DNA from: Octopus sinensis
Lineage: Eukaryota
Direction of reading: 5' to 3'
DNA length: 64,000 nt
Assembly (NCBI RefSeq): GCF_006345805.1
Contig: NC_042999.1
Coordinates: 45,446,001 to 45,510,000 of the forward strand
In this document: one piece after another, positions 48,989 to 62,989 of the stretch
Layout: every line of letters starts with the position of its first letter
Position numbering within the stretch: position 1 is the first letter of the stretch
Notes under the pieces: model-generated
Databases searched by the model: none
Told to the model about the DNA's origin: nothing
The model's input: the letters and a program-made list of their open reading frames with translations, nothing else
Made by a program: the position numbers and the translations under genes

Positions 48989-49231
48989 ATTTCTTTTTAT
49001 TTCTTTATTACCCACAAGGAGCTAAACATGGAGGGGACAAACAAGGACAGACAAAGGGATTAAGTTGATAACATCGACCCCAGTGCCAAACTGGCACTTA
49101 TTTAATCGACCCCGAAAGGATGAAAGGCAAAGTCGACCTCAGCAGAATTTGAACTCAGAACGTAACGGCAGACGAAACACCGCTAAGCACTTCGCCCGAA
49201 ATGCTAACGATTCTACCAGTTCGCCGCCCTC
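48989..49231 (-). mobile_element. SINE family B, full length with 15-bp TSD
   Basis: TSD tgtc(a/g)atctttgttt at 48974-48988 and 49232-49246. Confidence 0.9.
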
Positions 49232-49246
49232 TGTCGATCTTTGTTT

Positions 49247-49590
49247 AGGCGCAGGTGTGGCTGTGTGTTAAAAAGTTTCCCTCCCAACTACATGGATCCG
49301 GGTTCAGTCCAACAGCATGGTACCTTAGCCTCTCATCGGGCTGACTAAAACCTTAGACGGAAACTGAAAGGCGCCCGTCATATATGTATATATCATATAT
49401 GTATATATCTGTGCGTGTGTGTGACTCTGTGTCTCTTTGCTCCCAACACTGTGTTGGTGTGGTTCGGAAAAAAAGACCGATAGAATAAGTACCAGGCTTG
49501 AATATCAAAATACGTAGTGGAGTTAAATCATTCAACTAAAAATTCTTCAGGGCAGTGCCCTTGCATAGGCGCAGTCTAGCGGCAAGTAAA
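49247..49590 (+). mobile_element. SINE family A variant, deleted
   Basis: aggcgcaggtgtggctgtgtg...gaccgatagaataagtaccagg...gcagtc. Confidence 0.75.
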
Positions 49591-49736
49591 ATGTAAACGA
49601 TTCATACACACACATTTTGAATCTGACATTATTCTGATACATTGTTTATTATCAGCATTAAATTAGGAAGGAACAATAAAAAAAGTTAATGCTTAAACCT
49701 ACAAATCGAAAGTATTTTAAAATGAGATAGAAAACT

Positions 49737-49771
<35 letters not shown>

Positions 49772-49934
49772 AATGGATGAATGATAAAGGGTGAGATATA
49801 TATAAAAAGCGAGAGAGGAGGGTTGACAGGTAGACAGACATAGGAGGGAGAGACAGAAAAAATTACATGTAAGACGAAAGGAATGGTGTACATAAAGTTG
49901 ATAAAACCCAAGACAAGGAAGATAGATAGCTATA

Positions 49935-49992
<58 letters not shown>

Positions 49993-50016
49993 CCTACCTA
50001 CCTACCTACCTACCTG

Positions 50017-50061
<45 letters not shown>

Positions 50062-50392
50062 GTGTGTGTGTGATGGAAGAGGGAAATATTGTGTGCGTTC
50101 ATATGTACGTGATTATGTCTGAAAGTGAGATAAAACGAAGAGAAAAAAGAAGCGCAAGGGTGTAGAAAGATAGCGATAAATTGATGATGATGATGATAAT
50201 GAGAGAGATAGAGAGATAAATAGAGAGAGAGGGAATCAGAGAGAGAGAGAGAGACACACACACACACACACATACACACACAAATGTGTGAAAGAACGAG
50301 AAATAAAAGAAAGTATTGATACTAGATTGGGTTTTTGCGTGCCTGCGCATAAAGAATATATATATATTTGTGCGTGTGTTTAATATATATAT

Positions 50393-50436
<44 letters not shown>

Positions 50437-50612
50437 GATAGGTAGATAGTAAGTAGGTATAAAAATAAATAGATGAAAGTGAATAAAAACATAAACAAAG
50501 CAGAAAAAGAAAAGAGAAAGAGTTATTCTCGTAACTATTCCAAAGGTCGAGATTATTTTGTAGTTGGTTTTGAGAGGTTGACAGAGAAAAGCTTGAAAGA
50601 CAGAGTGACGGA

Positions 50613-50676
<64 letters not shown>

Positions 50677-51195
50677 AGGACAAACTTATAAGCGAAATAG
50701 TAATAGAGAAAGAGTGAGAGAGAGAGAGAGAGACAGACAAACAAACAGGGAGGGGAGGGAGGGAGAAAGAAAGAAAAGAGAAAGTAACATTAGTGAGAGG
50801 CAAAAAAGATGTAATTATTTGAAACGGAAAGAGTTAACTGAGACGAGACTTCATATTTCATTGAAAGAATTTCCCCCTTGGTGAAAAGAAAGTACCAGCT
50901 GTGGGCAACACAGACACACACACACACACGTGTGTGTATGTGTGTGTGTGTGTGTGCGCGTTCGTGCGTGTGTGCATGTGGAGAAAGACGTTCACCTATG
51001 CATCTGCAAACGAGAAACTCCGAGTTGCAGCTCAAGTAAACTCAGCTTCCAAATAAATAATGCTATCCTACTATATACCAAACATTATTGAGTATTATTT
51101 TTCCCGCTTAATTATATCTCACACCGGCATGTACCGACAATAATATATATATAAGCGCACACACACACATACATGTGTGTCTATCTATCTATTTA

Positions 51196-51256
<61 letters not shown>

Positions 51257-51519
51257 ATGTATGTCTCATTGTATGTGTGTGTGTGTCTGTGCGCTGCTGC
51301 GCGCGCGCGCGTGTAAACAAATGTTTCACTTTTCATAATCTGAAGAATGGTAACGAGAAACTTACTCTGAGTAACGACCTATAAAGTTTCAGCTGCCAAT
51401 AAATTACAACCACCCTCGCAATCAGACATACGTACACATACACTCGCATACATACAAACATACATACGCACACACTTATACATATACATAGTGAAAGTGT
51501 GAGAGATAGACAGACAGAC

Positions 51520-51571
<52 letters not shown>

Positions 51572-51603
51572 GACAGACAGACATATAGATTGATTGATTG
51601 ATT

Positions 51604-51665
<62 letters not shown>

Positions 51666-52571
51666 CAGATAGATAAATAGATAGATAGAAAGATAGATAG
51701 ATAGATAGACAGACAAACGGATATATAGATAGATAGATAGATAGGTGGATACATACATAGAGGAAGAGAGATAAATTGATAGAAAGATTGACAGTTATAT
51801 ATATAGATTTAAAGAGAGAGATAAATGAACGACACCTTAACCAAGTTGTAACAAGTTAAAGCGAGAGAGTAAATTCTATCACTTGGTTGTTAACCAACAG
51901 AACTCAAACCACAGCAACACTAAACGGCAGCAACAAAACACAGCAACCGTATCTTCAAAACAGACACCAACCAACTCCAACAGTCAAAAGAACGCTTACT
52001 AAAAGAAAGGAGGAAAAAAAAAAAGAAAAATCAGGCAAAGCACCACACCATAACTGTAGTTGCATACACCTCCGCCTTTTTTCTTCTTAGTAATTGCAAT
52101 TAGTAAAAAGCAATTACCAACACACAATACTTCCAGTAAAAAAAAATATATATAATGAATAAGCATGAAAAAAATAACTGTTTTTAATATAAGCGCAAGA
52201 CTTGAAATTTGAAGGAGGGAAAAAAAGAGAGAGAGAGAAAGAGAAAGGGAAAGAGGAAGTTAGTCGATTAAATCGGGCCCCGAATAGTTGATTGGTACTG
52301 TTATTTTATCGATCCGATCTCCTCTTCTCTGGAAAAAGAGATGAAAGGCGAAGTTCATCTCGGCTGGAATTGAACTCAGACATGTGAAGTGAAGTGGTGT
52401 TGGTGTGCCGTCGCTAAAAATAAATAAATAAATAAATACCGCATGGCAATTTTTTTTTTTTTTCCAACGCTCTAAGAACGATTCTTTTACCATTACAAAA
52501 ACTCAGAGAAATACGAAACACAAAAATAAATAAATAAAATAAAAATAAAAACCAAACGCCAATAATATCAA

Positions 52572-52602
<31 letters not shown>

Positions 52603-54100
52603 TAACAACAACAATAACACGAGCATTAGCAACAACATCACAACACAACAAACCAGCCTACAACAGTAACAACATCAATAACCTTATAACATCACCACCA
52701 CAACACCACCGCCACTATCATTACGACGGCTACCACTGTTGCTTCACAACCGGACATTACTCTCAACTTTTACTTTGATTTCTTAGGAATATCTCCCTCC
52801 TCTCATTCTTTTTCACTTTTATTTATGTATTTCATTTTCCCCCTCACTATTTTCAATTTTCATTTTATCTGTTAAGCGAGAAACCAGGAACTTATCTATC
52901 AACATCGGCTGGATTGAACGGGCTTTTTACTTACCATTTGAAAGGATTATCGCTATATTATAATTTAATATTAATTTAATTGTTAAGAATATTGCACACA
53001 CACACACACTCACACACACCAAACACACGTACACTATATATATATAGGCACACCCACATATACACACACACACACGTATATACATGCACATACGTATACA
53101 CTAACAACAGCTTCCTCCTTACACATTAACCCTCCCTCACTCATACAAACGCACGCACACACACACACACAGATATATATATATACACACACGCGCGCTC
53201 ACATACATACATACGAATACGTAGATCCACACACACACACATACGTAAATTCACAAATACATACACACACACATATATGTTTTTATATTCATTCTATGTG
53301 CTAAACATTGGAGACTATCTACGACGATGATGAACCGGTGTAAAGACACCAAGATACCCCCCCAGAGGGGTGAAAAGGGGTAAGAATAACAATTTTGTTT
53401 GCTTCTGTGTTGTTGGTCTTGTGTTTTGGAAGCGTGTTGGTTCCTGTAAAACAGCTCACAGAACGCTGTTTCGGGTGGGTTTGCCAGTATATGGCTACTC
53501 ATGTGCTATGTATGTATGGGGCGTACGTATAGATTTTATTATACACACACACGCACACCTATATATATATACATATACATATATAGTCTTATACACACAC
53601 ATACATGCATATGTGTAAATATACGCGCATACTCTTTTAAACGTATGCATACATACTCTGTCACACACACGATATATCTATCTATCTATCTATCTATACA
53701 TATATACACTCACACACACACACTATCGTACGAATGCATACATACTGTCACACACGCTCACATATACATAGTCTACCACATACACATACATACTCTGTCG
53801 TACGCACATTTGCAGAGTGTCACACACAAACACACACTATCGTGCATACTCCATCGCACATATGTATACATATTCTATCGTACGTTTGTATACATTGTCT
53901 ATCGCACACATGCATATATATATGCATATATATATATATATATATATATATCTCGCACATATACATACTCTCACACATATACATACTCTCATGTACTCAT
54001 ACGTACAAACTGTCTCACACACACACACGTACATATGCACGCACGCATTGGTGCTTGTGTACGTGTTTGGTGCACGTACACATGTTCAAACCGCAGCAAC

Positions 54101-54135
<35 letters not shown>

Positions 54136-55561
54136 TTGACGCACACTTAAAAAGTAAGGTACTAGTACCAAAAAGGTAAACCTAAAACAACTGATTTCCG
54201 TCAATTTTGTTGAAGGGTATTCTAAGTTCAGGGCGACTTACTCATTAATTTAACTGCCGAATGACTGAGCATTGCACAGATACGCGAATCCTTAATTTAA
54301 ATTGCCTGTTAAAAATCAATGATTCAATGTAGGAAAGCCGGTCCCTTTAGTTTAACCGAATTATATAGTCCCGCCACACAGCTTCCACTCGGAGGTTTTG
54401 GGAGAGACACTTTCCAGAAATATCATACAGTAGGGAATCGAACACAAGACGAACTGCTTGTGAAGCGAACGTCTTAACCATTGGCTATAGCACGCTTAGT
54501 ATGTAATGTGAGCACGTACATTGTTCAGGACCCAAGTGAGCCCTTGTCGTGGGAATCTTTCGATCAAACGTTACAGCTAGTTAACTTGTCTTTAGCACAT
54601 CTCGGAGTATTGTGTATAATATTTCCTTTCCTTTTTGGTGACTATAGTGGGATTTCATGCAGATTTAGCTGCTATTTCTAGCACGCCGCGCTACTAAATA
54701 AAGGTACCTTCGATGGTTTGTCACAGGTATTCGAAGCATGTTTGAAAGATTTTCATCGTGTTTAGTGGAGAGACGTTTGAATGAACACATGTACACGCTA
54801 ATATATACAAGTAAAAAAAAGAGCAAATAATGCCAAACGCCTAATATTTTGGGACATGGGTTTTAGGCGATATGATCGACCCCCAATATCTGACTGGAGT
54901 ACAGAAGGATGAGAAGCGAAGTCGAATCGCCCGTTAAAATAACAACCGGAGAGGGAACATCTGAGGCCATCTATCCCGCTCTATTAAAAATACCCTATCG
55001 TTTTAAGGTAGGGCATCTTCGATAATAGCTTGAAAGAATTTTTCGGGCTGGAACGCCTTTAATCACTGGTCAGTTTGATGTGAGCTGGCCTGTGGTTAAA
55101 CACGGACAAATAGTAACTACATCGCTTGTATATGTGTATATGTGCGTTTTTTTTTTTGTGTGTTTTTTTGTTGTTTTTTCGTGTACCACAAATAAATACA
55201 ACGCACGCGCAGACACGGAACACGCAAAAAAAACCCCAGAAAAATAAGGTTATCAGCTGTTTAATGGCCTGGATGAATTAATGCATATGCGTGAGTGTTT
55301 GTGTATTTAATACAATATATATATGTTTGTGTCTGTACACACCACCACCACCACCACCGCTTCGTCAACCGGTGCTGGTTTGTTTACGTCCCCTTAACAT
55401 AGCTGTTCGGCGATAGAGACCGATAGAATAAACGTTAGGTTTCAAAATAAGTTCTGGGGTTGATTTGTTTACTAAACTCTTCAATGCAGTGCCCTCGTAT
55501 GGTCGCAATCCAATGACTGGAACTAAAATACAATATATATATACATACATACATATACATA

Positions 55562-55615
<54 letters not shown>

Positions 55616-55626
55616 TATATATATAT

Positions 55627-55918
55627 TAAGGTATGTAGAAAAATACAACATGGACAAGAACGTATAACTCATAGAAGACGATACAATAAACATGGACAGG
55701 ACATTCGAACCCCTCAGTCTTCAGTCAAGAACCGGATCATCGTAGTAATTTCGGCTGATGAATCTTGAGATTACTAGATCACGGCCAGCCCTCCAAGAAA
55801 AACTAAGCTGGAAGCGTAGATTTCCTGGAAGAAGGATCGAATGCATACGAACACCAGGACAGCAAAAGGGACAGATATAAAAAAAAAACAAAAAACAATA
55901 ATGGAATACAGAAACATG
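55627..55918. mobile_element. Unclassified CpG-rich element of about 290 bp inserted in (TA)n
   Basis: High-complexity block flanked on both sides by (TA)n; no TIR or tRNA head seen. Confidence 0.45.
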
Positions 55919-56228
55919 ATATATATATATATGTATACAGCGAGAGAGAGATGTGTGTATTTGTGTGTGTTTTACACAGTCTATGTGTACAAATTCCAAA
56001 GTCCCATCACTTCTGGTTTGAAGTCAATAGGGGTACATTTTTTATCAGCCTAAACGTAGAACATCCATACATATATATTTATTCGTTGTTCGTTTTACAT
56101 TTCGGCGTCTTTCCTATAAATTTAGTCGTGTGTGCCCACTCTAGTTATTTTCTTCTTTTCTCTTCATCTCTGTGTCGTGTTCATTCAACACCTTGTCAGG
56201 TGTGAAGTCCTATCTTACAGGTGTGAAA

Positions 56229-56295
56229 GTGAGGTGGCCGAATGGATAAGTTACTGGACAATATTGTCTCGCTATAGGATACAGGTTCGAGTGCA
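56229..56295 (+). pseudogene. Degenerate tRNA-like sequence or SINE head
   Basis: A-box-like TGGCCGAATGG and B-box-like GGTTCGAGTGC; no convincing cloverleaf. Confidence 0.3.
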
Positions 56296-57439
56296 ATGTG
56301 CAGGCGTTTCGTTTTGTTTCTGTACAGGCGACTTCAGTTTACATCGCCTCTGTTGACTTAGTTACCTATGTGATGATATGCCGACGTCGTCGCCAAAAGG
56401 AGAAAAGTGGAGTTTTGGAATAGTTCTCCTTCGAAGTTCCATACCTCATGGACTATGAAGAGTAGTTTTTTTTTCTTTCATTTTTCAGTGTCCCTGTATT
56501 TCATAGAACAGACATTACTATTCCGAAAACATTATTTCTACTATTTAAGAAACAAAAAATTACATTTTTGTTCCCACCCCGACTTCTGTACCTCTTTTCT
56601 TTCCCACGAGGTATGGAAATTTGAATATCAGCTATTCCAGTATTCCGCCTGGAGAAATTTATTTTGTTTTCTTTCCTCTTAGAAAACAGGGAGCCTCTAT
56701 CCAGCTGCTCGACTGTCTAGAAATAGTAGCTAAGTATCTCCAAAATTACACTCTGTTGTCTCCTGCGTGAGAAGTATTTTACATATGCAGTCCTACATTT
56801 ATTGCTTTGGAAAATAAAGTGAAATACAACGACAGCCGACTTGAAATCAGAAGTGTGCAAACCAGACCTCCAAAGCCTTTCCGGGGAAGAAATTTACAAA
56901 TTTGAGCCCCAAACAAGTGTTTGCCAACCTCCACTTCTCCGCGATCACCTTTTTATTTCATATTTTGAAGTATCTCGTTTGTCTATATAATACCTTACAT
57001 ACTCTGTCTATTCTTATCTTAAGCATGTTTTCTTTATCGTTTTCACCTATGTGAACACGCCTCAACTTGTCTTGGCTGGATATCACGAAACTAGTCACAT
57101 TCTTAAAACAGTAACACTTCCTGAAACACACGAAACGATATCATCATGATATCAAAACAATATATTCTCACTAAACACCAAAACTGCTCTGTGTCACGTC
57201 AAGCGGATATGCGATTCTCTTCCTGGATAAATATGTCAATAATATAATAAGCGGCAACATACCCAAAATAGTATTAGGTGAGCTGGGACACACAGAATTT
57301 AGAATTAGGTGGTGGATTAGCAGAAACTTTAGTGTTAGGCGACATGCCTGTTGCATTCAGTTTATGGTCCTTTACGTTCTGGGTTCGAATTCCGCTGAAT
57401 GCACGTTTACCTTCCATCTGACAGATTCAGTTGAATATT

Positions 57440-57775
57440 CTTATAAGGCATTTTAGATCTTTCCCCGTTCATTTACGTGGAAGCAGACAAACCAACATCG
57501 GTTGTCAAAATACTTGCATGTACATACACACACACACACATCAGTATATTGGATATATGTTATCCCATGGAGGGTTGAATTTACAACCCCTATCTCATTT
57601 TATATATATATATATATACAACGGGCTTCTTTGAGTTTCCGTCTACCAAATCCACTCATGAGGATTTAGTCAGCCTGGGACTATGACAGAAGACACTTGC
57701 CCAAGGTGTCACGCTGCGGGACTGAACCCGGAACTACATGGTTGGGAAGCAAACTTCTTGCCACACAGCCACACC
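57440..57775 (-). mobile_element. SINE family A, tail deleted
   Basis: accaacatcggttgtcaa...gactgaacccggaactacatggtt...ccacacagccac. Confidence 0.8.
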
Positions 57776-58139
57776 AGGAATTTATATAGAAACGTAAAGA
57801 AAAAACAAAACTTTGTATAGTGGGAAGTTGTACAATCCATGCGGAACACACGAGAACGCAAAAGAATAAGAAACAATAATTCGTTGTGGCATACATATCT
57901 TATTCAGCAATTTCGTTCTCTCTCCATGAAGACATATATACACATACATATCACTATATATATATATATATCTTTTATTTTGTTTTAGTCATCAGACCGC
58001 GGCCATACTGGAGCACCGCCTTGAAGAAATTTAGCTGAAAGTATCAACTTGTGTAGTTATTTGGGTAAATTTGGGGAAGTACACACGCACGCGTTTCACT
58101 AAGAAAAAAGAAAAAAAAAACCTCTGTGGAATCATTTGT

Positions 58140-58684
58140 TAATGCCTAGTACTTATTCCATCGATTTATTTTGCCGAACCGCTCAGTTACGGGGGTCGTA
58201 GACACACCAACACAGCTTGTCAAGCGGTGGTGGGACACACACACACAAATACACACACGTGTGCTTGTCCCTACCACCGCTTGACAAGCGTGTGTGTGTA
58301 TATACATATATGTATGTATGTATATGTATGTATATGTATGTATGTATGTATGTATATGTATGTATGTATGTATGTATGTATACGTACATATATATGTGTG
58401 TGTGGTGTGTGTATATATATATATATGGTGTGTGTGTGTATATATATATATGTGTGTGTGTGTGTTATATATATATATGTGTGTGTGTGTGTATATATAT
58501 ATATGTGGTGTGTGTGTGTATATATATATATGTGTGTGTGTATATATATATGTGTGTGTGTATATATATATGTGTGTGTGTGTGTGTATATATATGTGTG
58601 TGTGTGTGTATATATATGTGTGTGTGTGTGTATATATGTGTGTGTGTGTGTGTATATATATGTGTGTGTGTATATATATATATA

Positions 58685-58715
<31 letters not shown>

Positions 58716-58758
58716 GTGTGTATATATATATGTATATACATATGTGTGTGTGTATGTA

Positions 58759-58794
<36 letters not shown>

Positions 58795-58985
58795 TATAAG
58801 TGTGCTTGTCCCCCACCACCGCTTGACAAGCGTGTGTATATATGCCGGGTTTCTTTCAGTTTCCGTCGAGCAAATACACTCACAAGACTTCCGTCAGCCC
58901 GAGGTTATGGAAGATAATTGCCCAGTTGTCACGCAGTGTGACTGAACCCGGAACTACGTAGATACAAAGCAGACCTCTTACCGCT
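58140..58985 (-). mobile_element. SINE family A with an expanded microsatellite and two inverted internal copies
   Basis: Conserved halves at 58140-58260 and 58840-58985 bracket a TG/TA block. Confidence 0.8.
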
Positions 58986-59423
58986 CCTCTCGGTATTGTG
59001 GTTAAGAAGCTCGCTTGGCAACCACGTGTTTCGAGTTCATTGATTCATTGGGCTAGGCTTTTCTACTGTAGCCCCGAACCAACTGATGCCTTGTCGGTGA
59101 ATTTGGTTGACGGAGACGGTGCGGAAGCCTGACGTGTGTGTCTGTGTGTGCGTGCGTAATATAATATGCAGGTGCAAAATATAGACAAAGGTAAAGCGCG
59201 GTGGTGTGCTCGCGTTATATATATATATATATATATTTATGTATGCATGTATATGTATGTATGTACGTATGTATGTATATGTATGTATGTATATGTAATA
59301 TATATACCTTGTACACACACACACGTACGATGTAACAACTCTTCCTTTCTTGATACAGATGTATACACAAGTTTATACATATGATATAAATATATATATA
59401 TATACATATATGTGTGTGTTTAA

Positions 59424-60760
59424 GTAATATACAGTGCGCAAGACGTATTTGATGATGCATTTTGAAATTTATTGAAACAACTGTTGTCTTGCATAAACCA
59501 AATGTATTTTAATAAACACTTATGCTGACTTTCCCCATTAGCTGTTTTATAAGATTATTCTATGAATCCGCCTTCAGTACAAGACTGCAATCGTTGACAT
59601 GCGTGCACCAAATGATCCTGATGCTTTTCAGGCATGACCTAGACAATGGCAGCCTTTTGTAAATTTGTGGTACTGTGAGGATGTTGATCTGCCTCCTTTT
59701 CAACAAACTTTCCAAACGTAGTAGTCCATGGGACTTTTTTAAATTGGCGAGTTTTGAGAGCACAAGCTTGGTGTTTACATGATCGTAAACGTTGGGTGAC
59801 TTCCATTCTTAGGTTATGCAGGTTTTGTGAGAAAGGTGTTGAATCTTGTTGAAACACGTATTGCTTTCCACTGCATTCTTGATCCATCTAGGACTTAACA
59901 ACTGTCACCAGCATCTCATCGTATCCACTAGCATTAATTCTAAAACCCTGTGGAAAGATTTGCAGTGGCATGACATGACCTTCGTTATTATATACGGTGC
60001 AAGACGTCTTTGAGGACGCATTTGGTAATTTATTAACACACCTCTCGTCTTGCCTAAACCAAATTTATCTTAATGAGCATTTGTGCTTATGTTCCCGATA
60101 AACGTTTTTTTTTTAGAGTATTGTATGAATTCTAAACCATCACAGTTGCTGGAAACTTATCATGCATCACTCTGGGGACATGAAAATTATATACATGTAA
60201 CCGTCTATCATTTCTCCCGTTAGACTTTTGGCTTTGTCAAAGTTTTTCCCATCAAAGAAGCAAAGCATACCGCGACCATGAGGATTTTAACCTTGTTAAA
60301 TAAACTGCATGGTACAGATCAAACGTGTTACCTGTGTCTTTGCAGACATGAATTTGCCTATTCTCATTCTATTCTCCTTCTATTTTGCCTATCCTCGTTC
60401 TATTCTCAATAGAATTTGCCTACTTTCATTGCATACAATTTGTATTGAATGTCCTCATCCACCAACAGTTATGATCGTCTACTTTGACACCTGAAATTCT
60501 TTAGCAATGACCATCATTGGTTTTTTTTTTTTAGGAGTCCCCTTGATAATGTTTCGAACTCGTTGGATGAATAGCTTTGTGCTTACATTGTCTGAATGTT
60601 TAGAGTATACTGTTCTATTTGATACAGTTGAAACATTCCTGGCAGAGGATTCCATCTCCATCCAAACTTTGTGTTCAAAAGATCTTACAACATTTAGAAA
60701 GTTGGCAATTTCTGAATTTGGCAAAAATGATCAATGCCAGCATGTCTTTCCATTTCTTGT
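59424..60760 (-). mobile_element. maT-like (DD37D-type) transposase relic with a duplicated 3' terminus
   Basis: SEIANFLNVVRSF, VMHDKFPATVMV, NEGHVMP and YVFQQDS on the minus strand; 3' terminal about 140 bp present at both 59424 and 59992. Confidence 0.8.
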
Positions 60761-62040
60761 GTTAGCATTTGAGGTGTTGTCAGCAATTACTCTTAAGTCT
60801 CTGATGTTAAATATCACAAATGGTTCTCCTGAAAGAAGAGAGTTTAATTGTTTAAGTACATTCTCTATTCCAAAGAGCATGAGTTCAAATTTACCTTCAA
60901 TTAGCAGCAGTTTTTCTTTTTTGTCTATCCATTGACCTATACCATATAGATCAAACTGGAGTTTTGCTCGACCTCCTCGCCATTTTTAATTTTGTTAATC
61001 TTTATTTCATCTGCAAATATTTTGATTTTACTGTGCTTGGTGGCATCTGAGATGCCATTTATATAGACATTGAAAAGAAGTTGGCTCAATGCAGTCCCCT
61101 GGGGTATACCACTGGTGAGTTTTGCTGGGTTTGAGTAGATACCATCAGTCACACCATGCTGGGCTCTATTCAAAAGAAAATACTTGAATTAGTGCAACAG
61201 CTTTTTATAGATCCCAAAATTGGTTAGTTTGAACAGTAAGATGTTGCTGACTATGTCAAAGACTTTGATGAAGTCAAGATATACAACATCAGTGTTTGAG
61301 CCTTCTTCCAAAGCGTTAAGGATTCCATCTAAATGATGTAGAAGCTAAAATAAGCAGTATCTGCCACAACAAAAGCTGTGCTGGTAGGACTCTAGGAAAC
61401 TGTTGCTCTCCAGGAAGCCTGTTGTTTTTTGGTCTTACTATCCTTTCAAATTCTTTGATGATATGAGAATTGAGTGAGATTGGGTGATAGTTAACTGCTA
61501 GTGACCTGTTTCCATTTTTGGAGAGTGGGATAACAAATTGGAAAACGAAATGAATTTTAGTATAGAGCCTGTATCTTGCAATTTTCTCCAGAGATTGGCT
61601 AGATGGAATGCAAACTGGTGTTTGCATTCCATCAGAACTTTATTAGGAAATCTATCAAGGCTTACGGCAGATGTTTGATTTTGTTTATTACTGCAATGAT
61701 GTCGAAGACACTGAAAATTGTGTTGATGATGTGTTAGGGGTTGACTTCATTCGAATAGCCTAAGCCAACCTCAGTCGAATGGCTGAAAACAGAGCAATAT
61801 TGTCTCTCCAAGATCTCCGCCATTTTTTCCCCATCATTTTAAAGAATGCTGTTATCATCTATCAATGGACTTACGAGTGAGACTGCAGTCCTATGTTTAT
61901 TGACAAATGAATAGAACACTTTTCGGTTGTGATGATTTTCTTAATAAACCACTCTTCCTCTACAGTCCTTTGATTGGTGATGTGTGGTTTTATGCTGTTC
62001 TGCACATGATATTTTCTCAATGCAAGTGTTCTTACTACTG
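60760..62040 (-). mobile_element. CR1/L2-like LINE RT relic
   Basis: NYHPISLNSHIIKEFERIV, DVVYLDFIKVFD, SGIPQGTALSQLLFNVYINGI...KIFADE. Confidence 0.85.
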
Positions 62041-62067
62041 TTGATTGTGTTGTGTTGCGTGTGTGTG

Positions 62068-62105
<38 letters not shown>

Positions 62106-62269
62106 ATGTGTATTTGAATTCCATTGATTGTAACTGTTTTGATCTTCATCTATATTTCGAAATATCTTATATATTATGTATATATATCATGTATATAATT
62201 ATATATAGTATATATTTTTTCTATCTGTCTATCTATATTATGCATAATGTGTGTGTGTACACACGCATC

Positions 62270-62425
62270 TCTCTCCAGTTTTTTCCTCTCTTTATCCTTT
62301 CTGTCGAAGAGAATAGGCTTGAAATGTAAAAGACTTTTCCATCTTCCTTGAGTGTTAAACAAATACACCTGCTTGTTGTTCCTACACCTGTCTTTGTCTT
62401 TTGTTTTCTGGAAATTTGAACTATA
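62270..62425 (+). mobile_element. Penelope-like terminal repeat fragment with a decayed hammerhead-like motif
   Basis: ccttt ctgtcga a gagaataggctt gaaat gta aaaga; homologous to 26240-26390. Confidence 0.5.
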
Positions 62426-62432
62426 TATATAT

Positions 62433-62832
62433 ATCATCATCATCATCGTTTAACATCCGCTTTCCATGCTAGCATGAGCTGGACGATTTGACTGAGGACT
62501 GGCGAACCAGATGGCTGCGCCAGGCTCCAATCTTGATCTGGCAGAGTTTCTGCTGATGGATGCCCTTCCTAATGCCTACCACTCTGAGAGTGTAGTGGGT
62601 GCTTTTACGTGCCACCTGCACAAGGGCCAGTCAGGCGGTACTGGCAACGGCCATGCTCAAATGGTGTTTTTTACGTGCCACCTGCACAGGAGCCAATCCA
62701 GCAGCACTGGCAATGATGTCACTCAAATATTTTTCATGTGCCACCGGCACAAGTGTCAGTAAGGCGATGCTGGTAACGGTCACGCTCAAATGGTACTTTT
62801 TACGGGCCACTGGCATGGAAGCCAGTTAACCG
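62433..62832 (-). mobile_element. 5'-truncated RTE LINE 3' UTR
   Basis: (cat)n cgtttaacatccgctttccatgc...ggatgcccttcctaa plus subrepeats. Confidence 0.85.
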
Positions 62833-62989
62833 CTCTGGCCCAAGTTAGCTGATATATATATATATAATACAATTTTACTGAACCTTCAGTTTTTTTATGC
62901 TAGACCACTGGTGTGAAATCGATGTTAATTAAATTGATATTTAATTTCTCACCCTCAATTTAAATTTATATATATATATGTATATATAA

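Noticed and set aside
56229-56295. Functional tRNA gene
   Set aside because: No acceptor or anticodon stem pairing found; at most a decayed SINE head.
56369-56460. Box C/D snoRNA (GTGATGA)
   Set aside because: No CTGA D box at a suitable distance and no terminal stem.
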